Virus record (IMG/VR): IMGVR_UViG_3300033475_000077
Location: 1-39,352 of that record
Reading direction: 5' to 3' (one strand)
From: a virus
Taxonomy: Duplodnaviria > Caudoviricetes
DNA length: 39,352 bases
The notes beneath the pieces were generated by a model, which saw only the letters and a list, made by a program, of their open reading frames with translations, did no database searches and was not told the origin of the DNA. Each line of letters opens with the position of its first letter. The first letter of the stretch is position 1. Below, piece after piece: positions 34,345-39,352 of the stretch. The translations under genes and the position numbers were made by a program.

Positions 34345-35678
34345 CCCGCCATCCACCCGTTGCCGCCAGCCATAGCCATTGGCCGGCGAGTTTTCGTCTC
34401 TTTCTTCGGCGCCTTGTCGCGCAGCCCTATCGCCAGGTAGCGAAGGGCGTCTGCAAAATCGGATGTCCAATCGTGAAGCGGGGCATTCCTGAAGACCTTG
34501 TTCACGTCGTCCCAGGACTTCCGATATTGCTTCAGAGCATCAATACCGAGCTGCGTCCGATCCTTGTCAAACATACAACGCGGCAACAAATTTCGTACAG
34601 CCGAGATTCCATCATCAACGCCAAGCCGGGGCAGAACTCGGACGTTCTTCATGCCAAGGCGACGCATGACATCGATCCGGCGCTCGCCAGTTCCTACTTC
34701 CCCATTTTCGGCATCGTGGGGAACGAGATGCTCGGTATAGGCGTATGGCTTCTTGTTCAGCTCTGACACGTAATGAGGGATGCCTTGCCCCGATCCCGAG
34801 ATAAGGTCGATGACCCGCACGGAGCCGGCAATCTGCTGCACCATCCAGATCACCATGCTGTCGCCGTATCCGAGGTCCCAGGCCGTCCATACTGGATGGC
34901 CGAGGACGTGAGGGACGGTCGTGATCCGTCCCTCGTCCTGGGCGGCTGCCATCAGCTTGCCGTAGTAGGACCCGCGAATGGCGGCGGCGAATGAGACCTC
35001 GTATTCCTGCTCAAAGAGCGCCTCGCCGTCCTCCGGGTTTTCTCGGATGTATTCGAGCTTTTCCTGCGCGAGCTGCTCGGGCGTGAAAATGTTGGTGTCA
35101 TAGGCCGACAACTTTTCGGCAAACCAATTCGGGTCTTCGATTGCGGCTTCGTACATCCGGGAGGCGTGATTGTTGCCTCGGGGCGTCGTTATGAACATCG
35201 CCCAGCCGCTATTCTCCAGCAGGATCGGGCGAAGGATTCCCCAGGAGGTCGGATTGGCCAGGGCATATTCGGAGAAGACGATACCCACGGGGGCAGCGCC
35301 AACTAGGCTGTTGAAGTTGTCCGATCCAACGACCTGCCATGTCGATCCGTTCTTGAACCGGATGAACATTTCGTTGTTGTGTGTGGCGCTCCTCAGCTCC
35401 TTCGGAAAAGCCTCATCAATGCGCCGGCGGCCGGTATGGGGATTCACTGCATCCCAGATCGCCTTGCGGGCCTGAGCCGCCTCGGGGAGCATGTGCCAAT
35501 AGTTTCCGACCCTCTCGAACGCAGAGACAGCCGCGCGATGAAGCGCCACGTCATCTTTGCCGGCGCGCCTGTGCCAGATCAGGATCGACCGGAGCCCGCC
35601 ATTGTCCATGAAGGACCAGGCGCGACGCTGATGCGCGCGTGGCGTCCAGCCTGAAGCAGGGATCTCAATCTGAGCCAT
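34341..35678 (-). CDS. terL: Terminase large subunit
   Basis: Walker A WHRRAGKD, VFSE Walker B, ITTPRG, nuclease AWDLG...HDWTSDFADALRY. Confidence 0.95.
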   Translation of the reverse strand: MAQIEIPASGWTPRAHQRRAWSFMDNGGLRSILIWHRRAGKDDVALHRAAVSAFERVGNYWHMLPEAAQARKAIWDAVNPHTGRRRIDEAFPKELRSATHNNEMFIRFKNGSTWQVVGSDNFNSLVGAAPVGIVFSEYALANPTSWGILRPILLENSGWAMFITTPRGNNHASRMYEAAIEDPNWFAEKLSAYDTNIFTPEQLAQEKLEYIRENPEDGEALFEQEYEVSFAAAIRGSYYGKLMAAAQDEGRITTVPHVLGHPVWTAWDLGYGDSMVIWMVQQIAGSVRVIDLISGSGQGIPHYVSELNKKPYAYTEHLVPHDAENGEVGTGERRIDVMRRLGMKNVRVLPRLGVDDGISAVRNLLPRCMFDKDRTQLGIDALKQYRKSWDDVNKVFRNAPLHDWTSDFADALRYLAIGLRDKAPKKETKTRRPMAMAGGNGWMAG

Positions 35679-36114
35679 CGGATCCCATCTTGCGGAGCAC
35701 GACCTGCAGCGGGGCATCAGCTACGCCACCGAGGTCCACGCGGTCGCCGTAGCGCTTAGGAGCAAGCTTCGACGCGTGCCATTTGCGCTGGTCAAGGCGA
35801 AGTCGGGACCGGGCGACCGCTTCGCCGTTCACCTGCCAGCCGATCGACTCCCCATCCTTCCCGAATTTCTCCATCCAATCGTTGCTGCCATCATCAGCAA
35901 TCGCCTTGGTCTCATCGGCGTAGGTGTCGGCCTGGACATCTCGCGCGTGCGCGTATTGGTTGCGGAAAGCCTCGCTCGACTGCAACCACCGGTATACGGT
36001 CACGCGGTCCGGCATCTCCTCCTCGGCGCAGATCTCGCGGAGGCTCTCTCCGTCCATGAGCCGAACGCAGATGGCGTCTGCGACCTCCTGGGTAAACGAC
36101 GACGGGCGCCCCAT
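35665..36114 (-). CDS. terS: Terminase small subunit (Sf6-like HTH type)
   Basis: GRPSSFT...IC.RLMDGESLREIC...MP...TVYRWL; RKWHASKLAPKRYGD. Confidence 0.92.
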   Translation of the reverse strand: MGRPSSFTQEVADAICVRLMDGESLREICAEEEMPDRVTVYRWLQSSEAFRNQYAHARDVQADTYADETKAIADDGSNDWMEKFGKDGESIGWQVNGEAVARSRLRLDQRKWHASKLAPKRYGDRVDLGGVADAPLQVVLRKMGSDGSD

Positions 36115-36416
36115 CACATCCCCCACCACCGCGCGAGCGCCACCCCGATCATCATGCCCAGACCGGCTGCGGAGGCCGTGAGAGGCAGCACGTAGCTTGT
36201 CGGCCGCTCCTCGGCCTTGAACCGGCCGCGGGCATCTCTGGCACGCTCCTTCGCGCGCTTGCGGCTCTCCTCGCGGGCCTTGGTGCGAGCGATGACGCGG
36301 TGCAGCTCCACTGCGGGAGGCACTGGCATCGCCACGACCTCATCCGCGCTGTTGGCGATCATCTGGGCCAGCGCAGCCTCCTGCGGGTCTGTGATTGGCT
36401 TCAGGGTGAGCGTCAT
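36114..36416 (-). CDS. Hypothetical protein with a C-terminal TM segment
   Basis: AGGAG RBS; ARDARGRFK motif; hydrophobic tail. Confidence 0.6.
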   Translation of the reverse strand: MTLTLKPITDPQEAALAQMIANSADEVVAMPVPPAVELHRVIARTKAREESRKRAKERARDARGRFKAEERPTSYVLPLTASAAGLGMMIGVALARWWGM

Positions 36417-36441
36417 GCGGCGATCTCCTGGGGATGGGGGT

Positions 36442-37002
36442 TCACTCGGCGGCCTGGGCGTAGGAATCCAGGCCGAGCTTGGCCCGGAGGAACCGAGCGC
36501 GATAAGCCGCGGCGTCGCGCTGGAGTTGTGGATAGCGGCTGTCTCCGGCGACCTTCTCGTACTCGGCGAGAAGCTGCCGATCGGCGAGATAGCGCGGCGT
36601 TGGCTTGGTGGCCTCGTCCTTCTGCGCTGACGACTTCCCGTAGCTCGTCGATGCCTTGAACGCCTGCAGCATCTCGGAAACGGCCTGACGCTCGATCTCG
36701 GTGGGCTCGCGCTGTTCGCCGGCCGCGGGGCCAGGAAGCGCAGGATACTCGCTGGCGAGCCTCTGGGGGGCGGGTCGGTTGTCTCGCCACCATGCGGCCA
36801 ACGGCCTTCGAACCTCGTCGTAGCTCGGGATCGCCATCTTGCGCGGCGACGTGACAACGGCCTCGAGGCTCTCGCGGGTGAACACCTCGAGCGGCAGATC
36901 ATCGAACCATGGCAGGTAGGGCGCCAGTCCGGCCTGGGCGCGCTTCACGTCCGACGGGTAGGTGAGCGCCGCAAGCGCCAGGAACCATTCGGCCTTGGTC
37001 AT
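36442..37002 (-). CDS. Replication accessory protein (helicase loader/inhibitor position)
   Basis: Coupled downstream of the initiator; L...YP...Y...DLP...PS..E pattern. Confidence 0.6.
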   Translation of the reverse strand: MTKAEWFLALAALTYPSDVKRAQAGLAPYLPWFDDLPLEVFTRESLEAVVTSPRKMAIPSYDEVRRPLAAWWRDNRPAPQRLASEYPALPGPAAGEQREPTEIERQAVSEMLQAFKASTSYGKSSAQKDEATKPTPRYLADRQLLAEYEKVAGDSRYPQLQRDAAAYRARFLRAKLGLDSYAQAAE

Positions 37003-37889
37003 CAGTTGAAAATCCTCAACAAATTGCTGGCGGGTTCGGCAGTTCGGGCCATGCGCTCGGCCCTGACCATCGCTTCCAGCGGGCCTTCTGCCGCCTGCGG
37101 TCTCCGGCGATCAGCGTCCTCCCGGCACCAGTTTCGCCAGGTGGCCGTCCAATCGAGCTTCACCCCGCCCTGACCGGGCTTCGCGTGCCAAAAGTCCCGG
37201 AATTTTGCCGCGACCTGATCCGCGATCAGGCCGAGACCCTCGGCAAACGCCACCTCGGTCTCGCTCGGGCACCAGTCCGTTGGCAGCCGAGAACCGACCT
37301 TGCGCGCTGCTTGGGGGGCCTCCCGAAGGGAGGGGGTTCTTTCTTCTCTACTGTCTTGTCTTGTCTTGTCTTGTCTTGTGGATCCTGTGACAATCTCTGT
37401 CACAGACTCTGTCGCATGCGCAGTTACAGGCTCTGTCACAGACGTTGTGACAGTCTCTGTGACAGGACTGCCACTGTTGCCTGTCGTCTTACTGGCAAGG
37501 CGATCTGCCTTCGCCTGTCGCGCCGCCTCAGTGCGCTGCCTTTGGGCAAGCTTGCGCTCCCAGGACTCGTTTGCCTTTTCTGCAACGGTGGGGTGATAAA
37601 GGCGCCCGTCCGAGCATTTCACCCACGATTTCAGAACCTCATCGCGTATCTTCTTCCACCCGGCTCCCGCCATCGAAAGGTGAGCGAGCATCCGATCGTT
37701 ATCCGGCAAGGATGCGGCCGGCACCTGCTGCCACGCTTCGCACCACAGGGTGACAGCCGCGCACTTCTCCTCGGCTGAGCCCAAAACCCAGGTCTCGCTG
37801 GTCAGCATCCGGCGCACGTCGAGCGGCATCCACGGGTAGTCTCGCAGATCACAGTCCGGCGGCGTCATAGGCTCTGGGAGATCAGCCAT
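37002..37889 (-). CDS. Replication initiator, DUF1376 (YdaU)-like
   Basis: DLRDYPWMPLDVRR...LWCEAWQQVPAASLPDNDRMLA; C-terminal KFRDFW...KLDWTATWRNW; internal iterons. Confidence 0.85.
   Translation of the reverse strand: MADLPEPMTPPDCDLRDYPWMPLDVRRMLTSETWVLGSAEEKCAAVTLWCEAWQQVPAASLPDNDRMLAHLSMAGAGWKKIRDEVLKSWVKCSDGRLYHPTVAEKANESWERKLAQRQRTEAARQAKADRLASKTTGNSGSPVTETVTTSVTEPVTAHATESVTEIVTGSTRQDKTRQDSREERTPSLREAPQAARKVGSRLPTDWCPSETEVAFAEGLGLIADQVAAKFRDFWHAKPGQGGVKLDWTATWRNWCREDADRRRPQAAEGPLEAMVRAERMARTAEPASNLLRIFN
37337..37465. repeat. Replication origin: seven 12-bp-spaced iterons plus a pentamer / pyrimidine tract
   Basis: cTGT(G/C)ACAg-like units at 37385, 37397, 37409, 37421, 37433, 37445, 37457; (TGTCT)n at 37352-37379. 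Confidence 0.8.
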
Positions 37890-38334
37890 TGCCCGGCACC
37901 CACCCGCTGAACTTTCCATCATCGCTCATCAGGATTATCCGATCATCCCAGAGGATCTTGAAGTCTCCAAGCTTCGGATCGTTTCCCATCACAACGGGAA
38001 TGACTATAGCGGCTCGGCCCGACAGCAATTGCTCGAGCACGCGACACTGGCGGACCAGCGCGCCAGCCGAACCAATGCTCGGTTTGATTTCGTAGATGCG
38101 CCATGCATTCTTTCCGCCTTCGAACGTCGCACGCTCGGCGATATCGGCGAATGCCACAATGCGTCCGGCCGAAACCTCTATGGGCTGCTCTGCTAGGATA
38201 TCGACATCGCGGGGCTTCTCATCTCCGTCCCAAGCTATCGGATTATCGCGCAGACGAAGCATAAGACGGGCCTGCATATTGTCATGACCGGCATCGCGAG
38301 CGCGCCCGGTTTCGTACGCTTCAGATGGCGTCAC
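37882..38334 (-). CDS. PD-(D/E)xK nuclease-like protein
   Basis: H...Q, EQP...FADI...IYEIKP. Confidence 0.65.
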   Translation of the reverse strand: MTPSEAYETGRARDAGHDNMQARLMLRLRDNPIAWDGDEKPRDVDILAEQPIEVSAGRIVAFADIAERATFEGGKNAWRIYEIKPSIGSAGALVRQCRVLEQLLSGRAAIVIPVVMGNDPKLGDFKILWDDRIILMSDDGKFSGWVPGNG

Positions 38335-38780
38335 GCTGCAACTCCTATTAGCTTGATGCCGGCCACGACGCATAGAAGTGCGCAGGCATCGGCTGCATGT
38401 TCTGTCTCAGGACGGAAGCCCCTGGCGATCACCGCGGGGATGACTTCCTTGTCCTTGGCCTTCGAATTTCCGGTGAGAGCCTTGCGCACTTCATTGGCCC
38501 GGCGCTCGCAACGTGGGACATCATGTGTCCAGGCAACCATATGCGAGATGCCGCAAAGCCACTCAGTGAGGCTCGCGTTGTGATCTCTGCCGCGGCTAGA
38601 GAAATGGCACTCGATGGCCAGGAACACCGGCCGGTCGTATTTCAGCTGAGCGTCAATCCAGTCATGGAAGTGCGCCGCGGCCTGGCCATGATCAGAGAAC
38701 ACGGACAGGTCCACGACGCCGCTGCGGCCGTCAGAGCGGGCCCATCCCGTTCGAAGTCCAGGGTCAAGAGCTAGGATCAT
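38331..38780 (-). CDS. RuvC-like Holliday junction resolvase
   Basis: ILALDPG..TGWA, LAIE, VRKALTGNSKAKDKEV, HAADA. Confidence 0.88.
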   Translation of the reverse strand: MILALDPGLRTGWARSDGRSGVVDLSVFSDHGQAAAHFHDWIDAQLKYDRPVFLAIECHFSSRGRDHNASLTEWLCGISHMVAWTHDVPRCERRANEVRKALTGNSKAKDKEVIPAVIARGFRPETEHAADACALLCVVAGIKLIGVAA

Positions 38781-38998
38781 CCCTTAGCTCCAGGCAATAA
38801 AAAGCCCCGGCGGCGCATCAGCAGCCTGCCGGGGAGTCTGCCACGGGCGGAAACGATCCCGCGGGGTTCCATTATTTCTGCCTCCGCAGCTTTTCCCACT
38901 GCGTGCCGCACCAGACATTCCACTTGACCCACCAGAGGCCAGGGAGGGCGATTGCGCTGTGAAAACCCTGCATCTTGGAGACAAACCAATTCATCCAA
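38777..38998 (-). CDS. Hypothetical protein
   Basis: Fills the gap between the CII-like and RuvC-like genes; ATGA coupling at its 3' end. Confidence 0.4.
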   Translation of the reverse strand: MDELVCLQDAGFSQRNRPPWPLVGQVECLVRHAVGKAAEAEIMEPRGIVSARGRLPGRLLMRRRGFLLPGAKG

Positions 38999-39287
38999 TC
39001 TCTCCGCGCGCCATCGCTTTGAGGCGCGCCATTTCCGCGTCGACGACGGCGCTTTTTGCCATTAGGTTAAGAAGGGCAGCGCCCTGCGGTGCATTGGCCC
39101 CGTCGAGCCAGTTCTGCGCCGTGCGGTGCGACACGCCCGCCAGCTTTCCAAGAACCTTCGCGGCGTTGCGCAGCGGTCCATACTCGCGCTGCAACGCCTC
39201 CCGGACGCTCTCGGCATAAATGGCTGCGGTCACCATTGACGAATCTCCGCGAAACTTTCGCGTATCATTTGCCCTACTTTTTCGCAT
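38991..39287 (-). CDS. CII-like HTH regulator (start also present at position 62)
   Basis: AAKVLGKLAGVSHRTAQNWLDGANAPQG; lies between the cro operon and replication genes. Confidence 0.75.
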   Translation of the reverse strand: MRKSRANDTRKFRGDSSMVTAAIYAESVREALQREYGPLRNAAKVLGKLAGVSHRTAQNWLDGANAPQGAALLNLMAKSAVVDAEMARLKAMARGEIG

Positions 39288-39352
39288 TTGCTCTCTCTAC
39301 CTTTGGTTGCAGAGAGAGCGAGGAACGGCACGCTGATGAACGGAAAGGAGGA
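39226..39352. repeat. Terminal direct repeat, copy 2
   Basis: Exact copy of 1-127. Confidence 0.95.

Noticed and set aside
32012-34375. Long plus-strand ORFs (476 and 305 aa)
   Set aside because: Antisense shadows of the portal gene
1-39352. CRISPR array, DGR/retron reverse transcriptase, IS element
   Set aside because: No repeat-spacer array, RT motifs or transposase recognised by eye

Overview
The window looks like a complete, circularly assembled temperate phage genome of about 39.2 kb. Bases 1-127 recur exactly at 39226-39352, most likely a k=127 assembly overlap. The virion module is P22-like and lies on the minus strand: terS, terL, portal, scaffold, P22-type coat, gp4/gp10-like tail hub, three ejection proteins, tailspike/fibres and a GH108 lysis cassette. 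The early region is lambdoid: divergent cI/cro with TTGGC-N5-GCCAA operators, a CII-like HTH, RuvC-like and PD-(D/E)xK nucleases, a DUF1376-type initiator with 12-bp iterons, a YqaJ exonuclease, xis and a tyrosine integrase. High GC, promoter style and gene families point to an alphaproteobacterial host (inference). The most unusual part is a roughly 900-bp block just after int/attP. It holds two separately promoted, ornate non-coding RNAs that share a GCUGCGG/CCGCAGC closing stem and a loop-loop pseudoknot topology, plus a third pseudoknotted element and a non-canonical tRNA-Gly(TCC). Other notable items: a tailspike and putative chaperone that both carry Sec-type signal peptides, a sulfotransferase-like/GNAT fusion at the P22 gp14 position, and several unannotated membrane micro-proteins in the cro operon. 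All family calls come from motif recognition by eye; no searches or folding programs were run.
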